A DNA stretch of 64,000 bases from the NCBI GenBank assembly GCA_049720225.1, contig JBNASD010000004.1, positions 1,117 to 65,116 of the forward strand, given 5' to 3'. Under the pieces are notes generated by a model. That model had not been told where the DNA came from. It made no database searches and saw only the letters and a list, made by a program, of their open reading frames with translations. Source of the DNA: Microgenomates group bacterium (GTDB taxonomy: Bacteria; Patescibacteriota; Microgenomatia; PFEM01; JBNASD01). Below are positions 8,955 to 18,119 of the stretch, one piece after another. Every line of letters begins with the position of its first letter. The first letter of the stretch is position 1. Both the position numbers and the translations under genes were made by a program.

Positions 8955-11126
8955 TCAATCTTTAATGAGGGGGTAGGAAATTAATTGAGAATTTTCCGGT
9001 TGAGGACAATCTAAACAATACTTACTTCCTAAAATATCAGTAATTATTTGTTTTTCTTGAATTTCTTTGTTTTCTGGAGGAGTATCTTTATCTGCCAGCT
9101 GACCATTAGTTTTGTCAATCTCTACCAACTGGCGAAGATTTTCTCTTTCTTTAGGAGTAGTTCCTTCAATAAAATATTCAAATCGCGTTGGACAGGGATT
9201 TTCGGGATTGGGAAGTTTTCCTGATAAAAGACAAATGCTTTCTCCAACAATTCCCTCTGGTTTTAAAGGCCATTCTTGCGGTTTGTCTTTTAAAACATAA
9301 GAAATAATTTTATTCCAAATCGGCGAAGCGCCGGTTACTCCTGAAGCAACATAACTCATTGGAGAATTATCGTTATTGCCTACCCAAACAACCACCATGA
9401 CTGAAGGATTCCAGCCAATTGTCCAATTATCTCTTAAATCGTTAGTAGTTCCGGTTTTTACCGAAACTTCAGGATGATTTTTAACTACTAACCAGGAAGA
9501 AGGACCAAACATTGGTTGGCGGGCGTTATTATCAAGTAAAATATGGTTAATTAAATAAGCGGTTTCCATTGATAACAATCGCGGACCTTCTTTTGGTTGA
9601 TGTTCATATAGAATTTTTCCATTTTGATCTTCAACTTTTTGAATAGTCCATAAATCTTGGCGAATTCCTAAATTAGGAAAAATCGAAAAGGCGGTAGCCA
9701 TGTCATACATAGTAACCTCCCCTCCACCTAAAGTTAAAGAAAGGCCATATTTAGAGGGATCTTTCCACGTGGTAATTCCCATTGCGGATGCAGAGGCAAT
9801 AAAATCTTCTATTCCATTTAAAGCTAATACTTTAACGGCGGGAATATTGTAAGAATTTCCTAAAGCAAATCTTACTTGAACCGGGCCATGGAACTGACCG
9901 TCATAATTTTTAGGACAATAAAGTTTTTGACCGGGTACCTGAAAACAGGTGGGAATATCGTTTAAAACAGTAGCAGGGGTAATTAACTTTCTTTCTAAAG
10001 CGACTGCGTAGTTAAGAGGTTTGATTGCCGAACCGGGCTGGCGAGGGCGTAAAACTAAATTAACATTTCCATCGATTTCTTTATCAAAATAATTACGAGA
10101 GCCAACCATTGCCAAGATTTCTCCGGTTTTGGGATTAGTTACTAACGCCGTTCCATTGGAAACTTTCAGTTTTTTTAATTTAGCTACTTCCGAAGCTACC
10201 GTTTGCTGGCTAAAATTTTGTAAGTCTAAATCTAAAGTGGTAGTAACTCGTAATCCCCCTTGTTCAACCGTTTTTTCCCCATACATTTCTACTAAAAGTT
10301 CTTTGACATATAAAACAAAATGAGGAGCTTTGATTCCCGTTAAAGCAGGAGCATATTTGAGTGGTTCTTCTTCTGCTTTCTTTCTTTCTTCTTCGGTAAT
10401 ATATCCATCTTCCTTCATTCTTTGTAAAACTCTTTTTTGTCTTTCCTTGGCAAGTTCCGGATGAGCGCCAAAAGGAGAAAAACGCGTGGGAGAGGCGGGT
10501 AAACCAGCTAATAATGCCGCTTCAGCTAAACTTAAATCTTTAGCGGATTTGCCAAAATAAGTTTGGGCCGCCGCCTCAATACCCCAAGCTGTTCCTCCGT
10601 ATGGGGTTTGATTAAGATACATTTCTAAAATTTCATCCTTCGAATAAGCAACTTCCGTGGCGATAGTTAAAACCGCCTCCCTAATTTTTCTTCTTAAAGT
10701 TCGTCGAGGATCTTCGAGTAACGCATTTTTTACTAATTGTTGGGTAATGGTAGAGCCACCTTGAAGGGTTTGGTGGAAGATAATATTGTAAGTAGCTCTT
10801 AAAATTCCGCCAAAATCAAACCCCCAATGACGATAAAAATTTTTATCTTCAGAAGCGATTGTTGCCCATTTTACATGCTCTGGTAAATCTTTAAGTTTAA
10901 CTGGCATTCGATTCTTTTCTGCATAAATTTCATAAAGGAGATTTCCCTTTCGATCATAAATTAAGGTAGAAGCGGGAAAGGAATATGAAGAAAGTTTATT
11001 TGGTAAAGGTAAATCCCAAAAAAGCCATAACCCTAATAATAAAATTATTCCTCCCGAAATAAAAAAAATTATTTTTTTCGATTTTCTTAATTTTTTAATA
11101 GTCTTTTTAATTTCGGTTTTTGACAT
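8955..11126 (-). CDS. Class A penicillin-binding protein, paralog 2 (start probably at MSKTEIKK, 11126, rather than the ORF-track start 11201)
   Basis: GT51 and transpeptidase motifs (SAIKP, KTGTT). Two protein segments are identical to paralog 1. The internal Met gives the usual short cytoplasmic tail plus TM and removes the overlap with the divergent CPBP gene. Confidence 0.8.
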   Translation of the reverse strand: MSKTEIKKTIKKLRKSKKIIFFISGGIILLLGLWLFWDLPLPNKLSSYSFPASTLIYDRKGNLLYEIYAEKNRMPVKLKDLPEHVKWATIASEDKNFYRHWGFDFGGILRATYNIIFHQTLQGGSTITQQLVKNALLEDPRRTLRRKIREAVLTIATEVAYSKDEILEMYLNQTPYGGTAWGIEAAAQTYFGKSAKDLSLAEAALLAGLPASPTRFSPFGAHPELAKERQKRVLQRMKEDGYITEEERKKAEEEPLKYAPALTGIKAPHFVLYVKELLVEMYGEKTVEQGGLRVTTTLDLDLQNFSQQTVASEVAKLKKLKVSNGTALVTNPKTGEILAMVGSRNYFDKEIDGNVNLVLRPRQPGSAIKPLNYAVALERKLITPATVLNDIPTCFQVPGQKLYCPKNYDGQFHGPVQVRFALGNSYNIPAVKVLALNGIEDFIASASAMGITTWKDPSKYGLSLTLGGGEVTMYDMATAFSIFPNLGIRQDLWTIQKVEDQNGKILYEHQPKEGPRLLSMETAYLINHILLDNNARQPMFGPSSWLVVKNHPEVSVKTGTTNDLRDNWTIGWNPSVMVVVWVGNNDNSPMSYVASGVTGASPIWNKIISYVLKDKPQEWPLKPEGIVGESICLLSGKLPNPENPCPTRFEYFIEGTTPKERENLRQLVEIDKTNGQLADKDTPPENKEIQEKQIITDILGSKYCLDCPQPENSQLISYPLIKD

Positions 11127-11158
11127 TTTCTTTACCATTGAGTTATTATAACTTAAAG

Positions 11159-11845
11159 ATGAAAATGAAAAAAATTTGGCATTGGGCTTTACCCAAAACA
11201 TCTTCTTCTTTAAAACACCCCTTTGCTTTATTTTCTTTTATTTTTGTTTTTTGGGCTATTTATCGTTATTTTCCAGGGATTCTTTCTGAATGGTTAGAAG
11301 AGCTAATTTTAAAACCGATTCTTTGGCTAGTTCCTACCTTATTTTTAGTAAAGAGAATAGAAAAAAATAGTTTAGAGTCTTTAGGTTTTACCAAAAAAAA
11401 CCTTTTTCCTTCATTATATTGGGGAATTGGATTAGGGATGATTTTTGCCCTCGAGGGATTAGGAACTAATATTCTGAAGTATAAAACGATAAATTTTGCC
11501 AATTTTTCTTATGCTCCTTTAACTTTTTTAGGAAGTCTATTTATTTCTTTTGCGACTGCTTTTACTGAAGAAACAGTATTTCGGGGATATATTTTTTCTC
11601 GTTTGTGGAAAATTTGGAAAAATGAATGGTTGGCAGGATTAGTCTCCTCTTTTCTTTTTACTTTAATTCACTTACCAATTGCCGTTTTTGTCTTAGGCTA
11701 TACTTTTCAGACGATGTTAATTTTTCTATTTTTGGTTTTTACTTTTGGTTTTGCTTCTGCTTTTGTCTTTTCTCAAACCCAAAATATTGCTTCTAGTATT
11801 TTACTTCATGTTTTTTGGTCCTGGCCAATAATTTTATTTAGGTAA
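11159..11845 (+). CDS. CPBP-family intramembrane metalloprotease (CAAX protease/Abi)
   Basis: EETVFRGYIFSRL (EExxxR) and FxxxH (LIHLPIA) motifs on a polytopic membrane protein. The start is moved to the ATG at 11159 (MKMKKIW), in frame with the TTG-initiated ORF-track start at 11120. Confidence 0.65.
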   Translation: MKMKKIWHWALPKTSSSLKHPFALFSFIFVFWAIYRYFPGILSEWLEELILKPILWLVPTLFLVKRIEKNSLESLGFTKKNLFPSLYWGIGLGMIFALEGLGTNILKYKTINFANFSYAPLTFLGSLFISFATAFTEETVFRGYIFSRLWKIWKNEWLAGLVSSFLFTLIHLPIAVFVLGYTFQTMLIFLFLVFTFGFASAFVFSQTQNIASSILLHVFWSWPIILFR

Positions 11846-12466
11846 TTGGAAATGAAATTACCAAAAAGAATAAAAGAGATTAAATTTTTAAACTTATTAA
11901 TAATTGTTTGTTCTTTAATTTTTGCTTTTTTAATCCTTTTTGTTTCGATTTTAAAAAGTTCAGTTTCGCAAAGAGATTTTTCTTCTTTAATTTCCGACCA
12001 ACCTTCTGTTTTAAAGGAAGAACTAGGCGAGTATTTCTTAGTTAACCCAGGAATTCTTCCTGATCATTTTTTATATCCTCTAAAAATGATTAGAGATAGG
12101 TTGAAAATAATTTTTACTTTTGATTCCCTTAAAAAAGCTCAACTTTATTTGCTTTATGCCGATAAAAGACTGGCTGCCGGAAAGGCGTTAGTTGAGAAAG
12201 GAAAAATTAAATTAGGGATTTCTACCCTTAGCAAAGGAGAAAAATATCTAGAAAAAGCCTTTCTAGAGCAAAAAATTGCTAAAAAAGAAGGAAAAAACAC
12301 TGATAAATTTTTAAAAAAGCTATATTTAGCAAGTCAAAAACATAAAGAAGTTTTGTTAGAAATTTTTTCTTTAATTGAGAGCGGAGAAGAAAAAAATTCT
12401 TTAAAATCCCTTTTAGATTATCCAGAAACAATTATTAAGGAAATTGATAAAGAATTAAATTTTTGA
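11846..12466 (+). CDS. Hypothetical membrane-anchored protein
   Basis: 206 aa, with an N-terminal TM and a Lys/Glu-rich helical remainder. No recognisable motif. Confidence 0.4.
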   Translation: MEMKLPKRIKEIKFLNLLIIVCSLIFAFLILFVSILKSSVSQRDFSSLISDQPSVLKEELGEYFLVNPGILPDHFLYPLKMIRDRLKIIFTFDSLKKAQLYLLYADKRLAAGKALVEKGKIKLGISTLSKGEKYLEKAFLEQKIAKKEGKNTDKFLKKLYLASQKHKEVLLEIFSLIESGEEKNSLKSLLDYPETIIKEIDKELNF

Positions 12467-12609
12467 AGAATAATTCTTGGATAATTAAAGCTAATTTTTA
12501 GTTTTAAAAATTTTTTTTGATTTGCTTTGATATTTTAATTTCTACTTGACAACCTCAGGGAAAGAATGGTTAAGATAAATTATCTTCTTAAGTTAAGGAG
12601 GGCAGGCAA

Positions 12610-14859
12610 ATGAAAAAAACAAAATTACCGCGTGGGTTTTTAAAAGGCGAATGGACTCCTCAGGCAATTAAGGTAATGGAGGAAAGATATTTAATTAAGG
12701 ATTTAAGTGGAAAAATTTTAGAAACTCCTGAGGAAATGCTTTGGCGGGTGGCTAAGGAAATTGGAGGGGTAGAAGAAAAGTTTGGAGCAGATAAAAAAGA
12801 GACAGAAAAAATTACACGACAATTTTATGAAATAATGGTTAGACGTTGGTTTCTTCCTAATTCACCAACATTAATGAATGCGGGTCGGGGCAATAATTTA
12901 CAATATTCTGCCTGTTTTGTTCTTCCGGTAGGTGACTCTATACCAGAAATTTTTGAGGCAATTAAAAGAGCAGCTTTAATTCACCAAAGCGGAGGAGGAA
13001 CTGGTTTTTCCTTTTCTCGATTGCGTCCTAAAGGAAGTATTGTTCGTTCCACTCGGGGAGTCGCTTCTGGTCCGGTCTCTTTTATGCGGGTTTTTGATGC
13101 GGCAACGGCGGAAATTAAACAAGGAGGAATGAGACGGGGAGCCAATATGGGAGTTTTACGGGTTGACCATCCGGATATTTTGGAATTTATTGAAAGTAAA
13201 GCTTCCGGAGGAATTACTAACTTTAATATTTCCGTTGCCGCCACCGACGAATTTATGAGAGCAGTTAAAAAAGATGGTTATTATTGGCTTTATGATCCGT
13301 TTTTAAAAAAGAAAGTTAAAAAACTAAAAGCTAAAGAAATTTTTGAAAAAATTTGTCAAATGGCATGGGCAACTGGTGATCCGGGAATGATTTTTATTGA
13401 TCAAATGAATAAAGGACCAGCTAATCCAGTGCCAGAAATGGGACCAATTGAAGCAACCAATCCTTGCGGTGAACAGCCATTATATCCTAATGAGGCTTGT
13501 AATTTAGGGAGTATTAATTTAGCTTTAATGAGTAAAAAGGGAAAAAAACCAGAGGTTGATTGGGAAAAATTGGCCGAAGTGGTAAAATTGGCCGTTCGTT
13601 TTTTAGATAACGTAATTGAGGTTAATCCTTTTCCTTTGGAAGAAATTACTCAGACAGTTAAAGCTAATCGTCGAATTGGATTAGGAGTGATGGGTTGGGC
13701 AGACATGCTTTTTCAATTAGAAATTCCTTATGAGTCGAAAGTTGCCGTTAAATTAGGAGAAAAAATAATGAAATTTATTCAAAAAATAGGCCGACAAACT
13801 TCTCAGGAATTAGCTAAACAGCGGGGTCCTTTTCCTAATTTTTCTAAAAGTATTTATAAAAATGGACCTCCTTTAAGAAATGCAACGGTAACCACAATTG
13901 CTCCTACTGGTTCTCTTTCAATTTTAGCTAATTGTTCTTCAGGAATCGAGCCCTTGTTTGCTTTGGCCTATCGTCATAAAACTAAAGAAAGAGAATTAAA
14001 ATTTGTTAATCCTTATTTTTTGGAAGCAGCAAAAAAATATAGACTTTCAAAGGAAGTAATTCAAAAGGTTGAAGAGGAAGGAAGTTTAAGAAATGCTGAT
14101 GTTCCTTTAAAACTTAAAAAAATTTTTGCTACCGCTCACGAGATTTCTTGGAAAGGACACATTGATATGCAGGCCGCTTTTCAAAAAGGAACTGATAATG
14201 CGGTTTCTAAAACAATTAACTTTCCCCATGAAGCAACGGTTGATGAAGTAAGAAAGGCTTATCTTTATGCTTATCAAAAAGGTTGTTTAGGAATTACCGT
14301 TTATCGTGACCGTTGTAAAGAAGAGCAAGTTTTATATGCGGGAAAAGAAGAAAAGAAAAAATTAGAAATTAAACCAAGACCACCAGTAGTTTCAGGGAAG
14401 ACCTATCGTGTTAGCACACCGGTGGGAACCGCTTTTATTACCATTAATGTTAATGGTAATGAAGAACCTTTAGAGGTTTTTATTACTGTAGGAAAGGCGG
14501 GTTCTGATGTTCAAGCGGATGCAGAAGCAATTGGAAGATTAATTTCTTTATGTTTACGATTAGGGGCAGATTTTTCTCCAAAAGATGTTTTAACACAGAT
14601 TATTGATCAATTAGAAGGAATTGGCGGAAGTGAAAGTATTGGCTTTGGTAAAGAAAAAATTCGTTCTTTAGCGGATGGCGTAGCGAAAGTTTTGAAGAAT
14701 TATTTAACAGGAGACGAAAAGGTAGAAAAGGTAAGCGAACAACCAGTTTTACCCCAGATTAGTAAAATGAAAGATCTTTGTCCTAAATGTGGTCAAGCAA
14801 CTTTGATTTTTGAAGAGGGTTGCCTGAAGTGTTCTTATTGTGGCTATAATAAATGCTAA
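12610..14859 (+). CDS. nrdJ: Adenosylcobalamin-dependent (class II) ribonucleotide reductase
   Basis: 749 aa. The NPCGEQPL active-site motif, the ten-stranded barrel region and a C-terminal Cys4 zinc ribbon (CPKCG...CLKCSYCG) are typical of monomeric NrdJ. Strong SD (ggaggg) upstream. Confidence 0.85.
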   Translation: MKKTKLPRGFLKGEWTPQAIKVMEERYLIKDLSGKILETPEEMLWRVAKEIGGVEEKFGADKKETEKITRQFYEIMVRRWFLPNSPTLMNAGRGNNLQYSACFVLPVGDSIPEIFEAIKRAALIHQSGGGTGFSFSRLRPKGSIVRSTRGVASGPVSFMRVFDAATAEIKQGGMRRGANMGVLRVDHPDILEFIESKASGGITNFNISVAATDEFMRAVKKDGYYWLYDPFLKKKVKKLKAKEIFEKICQMAWATGDPGMIFIDQMNKGPANPVPEMGPIEATNPCGEQPLYPNEACNLGSINLALMSKKGKKPEVDWEKLAEVVKLAVRFLDNVIEVNPFPLEEITQTVKANRRIGLGVMGWADMLFQLEIPYESKVAVKLGEKIMKFIQKIGRQTSQELAKQRGPFPNFSKSIYKNGPPLRNATVTTIAPTGSLSILANCSSGIEPLFALAYRHKTKERELKFVNPYFLEAAKKYRLSKEVIQKVEEEGSLRNADVPLKLKKIFATAHEISWKGHIDMQAAFQKGTDNAVSKTINFPHEATVDEVRKAYLYAYQKGCLGITVYRDRCKEEQVLYAGKEEKKKLEIKPRPPVVSGKTYRVSTPVGTAFITINVNGNEEPLEVFITVGKAGSDVQADAEAIGRLISLCLRLGADFSPKDVLTQIIDQLEGIGGSESIGFGKEKIRSLADGVAKVLKNYLTGDEKVEKVSEQPVLPQISKMKDLCPKCGQATLIFEEGCLKCSYCGYNKC

Positions 14860-15317
14860 AAGATAATCATTGTTATACCTATTTAAAAGAGAAAAAATTA
14901 AAAAAATCAGAAAGAATTTTTTGGTTATTAGGATCGTTGGATGAGTTAAATGCTGTTTTGGGAATTGCTCGAGTTTTTGTTACCTCCTCCCATCTTAAAA
15001 AGAAGATTACTCTGATTCAGGAAGAAATTTTAACCGCAGGCAGTCAAATTGTTTTGGATAAAGACTTTACTAATTTTAAAGAAAAAACAGAGAGATTAGA
15101 AAAAGAAATCGAGCAAATTAAAAAACCCAAATTAAAAAAATTTATTAAACCAGGCAAGAAAAAAAGTGAGGTTTTTCTCCATTTTGCCAGAGTTATTTGT
15201 CGACGGGTAGAGAGAGAATTTGTAAAAGAAGAAAATAAAAAATGGCAAAACCTAATCGATTATCTTAATCGTCTCTCTCTTCTTCTTTTCTGGTGGGCGG
15301 TAAAAGAAAAAGAATAG
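14853..15317 (+). CDS. PduO-type ATP:cob(I)alamin adenosyltransferase
   Basis: GSLDELNAVLGIA (GxxDELNxxxGxA), IQEEILTAGSQ and ARVICRRVERE match conserved PduO/MMAB blocks. The start overlaps the nrdJ stop (ATGCTAA). Confidence 0.6.
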   Translation: MLKDNHCYTYLKEKKLKKSERIFWLLGSLDELNAVLGIARVFVTSSHLKKKITLIQEEILTAGSQIVLDKDFTNFKEKTERLEKEIEQIKKPKLKKFIKPGKKKSEVFLHFARVICRRVEREFVKEENKKWQNLIDYLNRLSLLLFWWAVKEKE

Positions 15318-15339
15318 CAATGATGCTATAATAGTTTTA

Positions 15340-15666
15340 ATGAATCTTCCAGAAAAAGAAAAATTACCAGTTACCGAAAGACCATTTTTACCGGAAATCC
15401 CACCGGAAGTAGAGCATGTGGAAGTAACCGCAAAACAGGAGTTTTCTTTACCAACGCCAGTAATTGATGATAGTGGGCAGACATTATTAGATAATGCCGC
15501 CCCCCAGCAAGTAACAATTACCTTACCATTAACAGAAGAAGAAATGGTTCAGGCTTTACATTTAAAAATAATTTATGCCGCTCGTTGGTTAGCGGAATGG
15601 ACAAAAAGATTAATAAAAATTATTGGGGGGAGGTTTACTTATAAGTTAAAAACGAGTACTCAATAA
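15340..15666 (+). CDS. Hypothetical protein
   Basis: 108 aa, no recognisable motif. Confidence 0.3.
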   Translation: MNLPEKEKLPVTERPFLPEIPPEVEHVEVTAKQEFSLPTPVIDDSGQTLLDNAAPQQVTITLPLTEEEMVQALHLKIIYAARWLAEWTKRLIKIIGGRFTYKLKTSTQ

Positions 15667-15687
15667 TTAAAATAATTAAAAATTAAA

Positions 15688-18027
15688 ATGAATTCCATTG
15701 ATAGTTTTATTTCTCTTTTAAAGTATTATTTTATAATTGGCGGTCTAATTTTTCTTTCTTTAATTGGTTTAGCAATTTTAAGCTATGCTTTTCTTTTGTG
15801 GTGGCGCCATAAAGATCGCGAGAAACGTTCTTTAGAATATGTCGTTCTTCAAGTGGCAGTTCCTTTTGATAATGAAATTAAAATTGATGCCGCAGAACAA
15901 ATGTTTGCCTCTTTATATTCGATTAAAAAAGGAGGATTTTTAAAAAAATTTTTTCATCTTCAGCCCCATTTATGTTTAGAAATTGTTGCTAAACATGAGG
16001 ATATTCGCTTTTATGTCACCGTTCCTAAAAAACTTCAAGATTTGGTAGAAAAACAGATTCATTCTGCTTATCCTGATGCAGAAATTGTAGAAGTTCCTGA
16101 ATGGAATATTTTTACTCAAGAAGGTTGCGTGGCATTTGCGGAACTGGAAACTAAAAAATCAGTTTATGCGCCAATAAAATGTTATAAAGATTTACCAACA
16201 GATCCATTGGCGGGAATTACCACGGCTTTAGCTAAAATGGGACCAGAAGAGGGAGCAGCAATTCAAATTATGATTTATCCGGCTGATTCTGGTTGGCAAA
16301 AGAAGGGAAAAGAATACATCGCCAAGGTTAAAAAAACAGAAGCAGATCCTCAAAAAGCCAAGTTTAAGGTAGATGCAAGAACTTTAGAAGCAATTGAGAA
16401 TAAATGTAGTAAACCCGGTTTTAATACTATTATTAGAATAGTAACCGTTTCTTCAACTACCGAGGGAGCAAAGGTTCATTTAGACAATATTAAATCCACC
16501 TTTTCCCAATTTGCTTCTGATTTAAATTATTTTGGAAGCCGAAAAATTTGGTTTAAGACAGGTTTTATGATTGATTTTCTTTATCGTTATCAACCAATTT
16601 TCCGTTTTCGGGGAGTAAAAACGATTCTTAATTCTGAAGAATTAGCGACAGTTTTTCATTTTCCCAATAAACAAATAGAAACTCCTCATATTTACTGGCT
16701 TTATGCTAAAAGAGCTCCTGCTCCAATTCAAATCCCTAAACAAGGCCTTTATGTAGGAATGTCGGTTTATCGCGGAGTAAGAAGACCGGTTTATATTGCC
16801 GATGACGATCGTCGGCGACATATTTATATTATTGGAAAAACAGGCACAGGAAAAACCGAACTTTTGCGCGATTTTATTCTTCAAGACATTCGTGCGGGCA
16901 AAGGAGTTTGTTTAATTGACCCCCATGATTTAGCGGAAGATATTTTGAATTTTATTCCTCCGGAGCGAGCAGAAGAGGTGATTTATTTTGATCCTTCGGA
17001 TACCGAAAGACCAATGGGATTGAATCTTTTGGAAGCTTATACCGAAGATCAAAAACATATGGTAACTACCGCCATTATTAATTTAATGTATAAACTTTAT
17101 GATCCTTATAAAACTGGGATTATTGGTCCTCGTTTTGAACATGCCATTCGCAATGCGATGTTAACGGTGATGTCGGAACCAGGAAATACTTTCGTTGAGG
17201 TAGTTCGTTGTTTAACTGATTCTCGTTTTGTTCAAGAAATGTTGCCAAAAGTGACTGATCCGGTGGTTCGGCGTTATTGGACTGACCAAATTGCCCAAAC
17301 TTCTGATTTTCATAAGTCAGAAGTTTTAGATTATATTGTTTCTAAGTTTGGTCGTTTTGTTACCAACAAAATGATGCGGAATATTATTGGTCAATCAAAG
17401 TCCGCTTTTGATTTTAGAAAGGTAATGGACGAAGGAAAGATTTTAATTATTAATTTAGCAAAAGGAAAAATTGGTGAGGAGAATTCATCCTTTTTGGGTT
17501 TAGTTTTAGTGCCAAAAATTTTAATTGCGGCAATGAGTCGTGCCGATATTCCCGAGGAACAAAGGAAGGATTTTTATTTGTATGTCGATGAGTTTCAAAA
17601 CTTTGCCACTCCTGACTTTGCCCAAATCTTATCAGAGGCAAGAAAATATCGATTAAACTTGTGTGTTGCCAACCAATTTATTGGTCAAATGGAGGAAGAA
17701 ATTAAAAATGCGGTTTTTGGGAATATTGGAACTTTAATTGCTTTTAGAGTAGGAGTCACTGATGCTTCTTATTTACAACATGAATTTCAGCCAATTTTTG
17801 GCGAAGATGATTTGCTTAATATTGAACGGTTTCACGCTTATGTAAAAACGATTGTTCATAATGAGCCAGTTCCTCCTTTTTCTGTTGATTTAACCAAAGA
17901 TATGACTCTTTTGAAAAAACAGCGTAACCCGCGAGTGGGAGAATTAATAAAGCAACTTTCTCGTTTACGCTATGGAGTGGCGCGAGAAATAGTCGAAGCG
18001 GAAATTGCCCAAAGAGCAAGATTATAG
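15688..18027 (+). CDS. Membrane-anchored P-loop ATPase, TraD/VirD4/TrwB-like coupling-protein or DUF87-type
   Basis: Two N-terminal TM helices, Walker A IIGKTGTGKTELL, and Walker B-like LYVDEFQNF about 210 aa downstream. Family call from motif spacing only. Confidence 0.5.
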   Translation: MNSIDSFISLLKYYFIIGGLIFLSLIGLAILSYAFLLWWRHKDREKRSLEYVVLQVAVPFDNEIKIDAAEQMFASLYSIKKGGFLKKFFHLQPHLCLEIVAKHEDIRFYVTVPKKLQDLVEKQIHSAYPDAEIVEVPEWNIFTQEGCVAFAELETKKSVYAPIKCYKDLPTDPLAGITTALAKMGPEEGAAIQIMIYPADSGWQKKGKEYIAKVKKTEADPQKAKFKVDARTLEAIENKCSKPGFNTIIRIVTVSSTTEGAKVHLDNIKSTFSQFASDLNYFGSRKIWFKTGFMIDFLYRYQPIFRFRGVKTILNSEELATVFHFPNKQIETPHIYWLYAKRAPAPIQIPKQGLYVGMSVYRGVRRPVYIADDDRRRHIYIIGKTGTGKTELLRDFILQDIRAGKGVCLIDPHDLAEDILNFIPPERAEEVIYFDPSDTERPMGLNLLEAYTEDQKHMVTTAIINLMYKLYDPYKTGIIGPRFEHAIRNAMLTVMSEPGNTFVEVVRCLTDSRFVQEMLPKVTDPVVRRYWTDQIAQTSDFHKSEVLDYIVSKFGRFVTNKMMRNIIGQSKSAFDFRKVMDEGKILIINLAKGKIGEENSSFLGLVLVPKILIAAMSRADIPEEQRKDFYLYVDEFQNFATPDFAQILSEARKYRLNLCVANQFIGQMEEEIKNAVFGNIGTLIAFRVGVTDASYLQHEFQPIFGEDDLLNIERFHAYVKTIVHNEPVPPFSVDLTKDMTLLKKQRNPRVGELIKQLSRLRYGVAREIVEAEIAQRARL

Positions 18028-18033
18028 TATAAT
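18005..18033 (+). promoter_or_regulatory. Sigma70-like promoter for the downstream tRNA (-35 TTGCCC, 17-nt spacer, -10 TATAAT)
   Basis: TATAAT at 18028-18033 lies 11 nt upstream of the tRNA 5' end, and TTGCCC sits 17 nt upstream of it. Confidence 0.45.
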
Positions 18034-18044
18034 TTTTAAAAATT

Positions 18045-18117
18045 GGGCGTGTAGCTCAGCGGTTAGAGCACCACTCTTATAAAGTGGGAGTCGGTGGTTC
18101 GAATCCACCCACGCCCA
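18045..18117 (+). tRNA. tRNA-Ile, anticodon UAU (AUA-decoding)
   Basis: Manual cloverleaf: acceptor gggcgtg/cacgccc, D-stem gctc/gagc, anticodon stem ccact/agtgg with loop cuUAUaa, T-arm ggtgg-ttcgaat-ccacc, 73 nt, no encoded CCA. The body resembles tRNA-Ile(GAU) apart from position 34. Confidence 0.75.
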
Positions 18118-18119
18118 CT

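Noticed and set aside
8215-10323. Short ORFs from the track inside the PBP/repeat genes (8215..8436 +, 8694..8891 -, 9112..9300 +, 10129..10323 +)
   Set aside because: They overlap long, motif-supported CDSs on the opposite strand or in another frame and have no motifs of their own.
12470-12609. Possible cobalamin riboswitch or NrdR box upstream of nrdJ
   Set aside because: The 140-nt leader is too short and lacks the B12-box consensus. No 16-bp NrdR palindrome pair is visible; there is only a single imperfect palindrome, noted in the findings.
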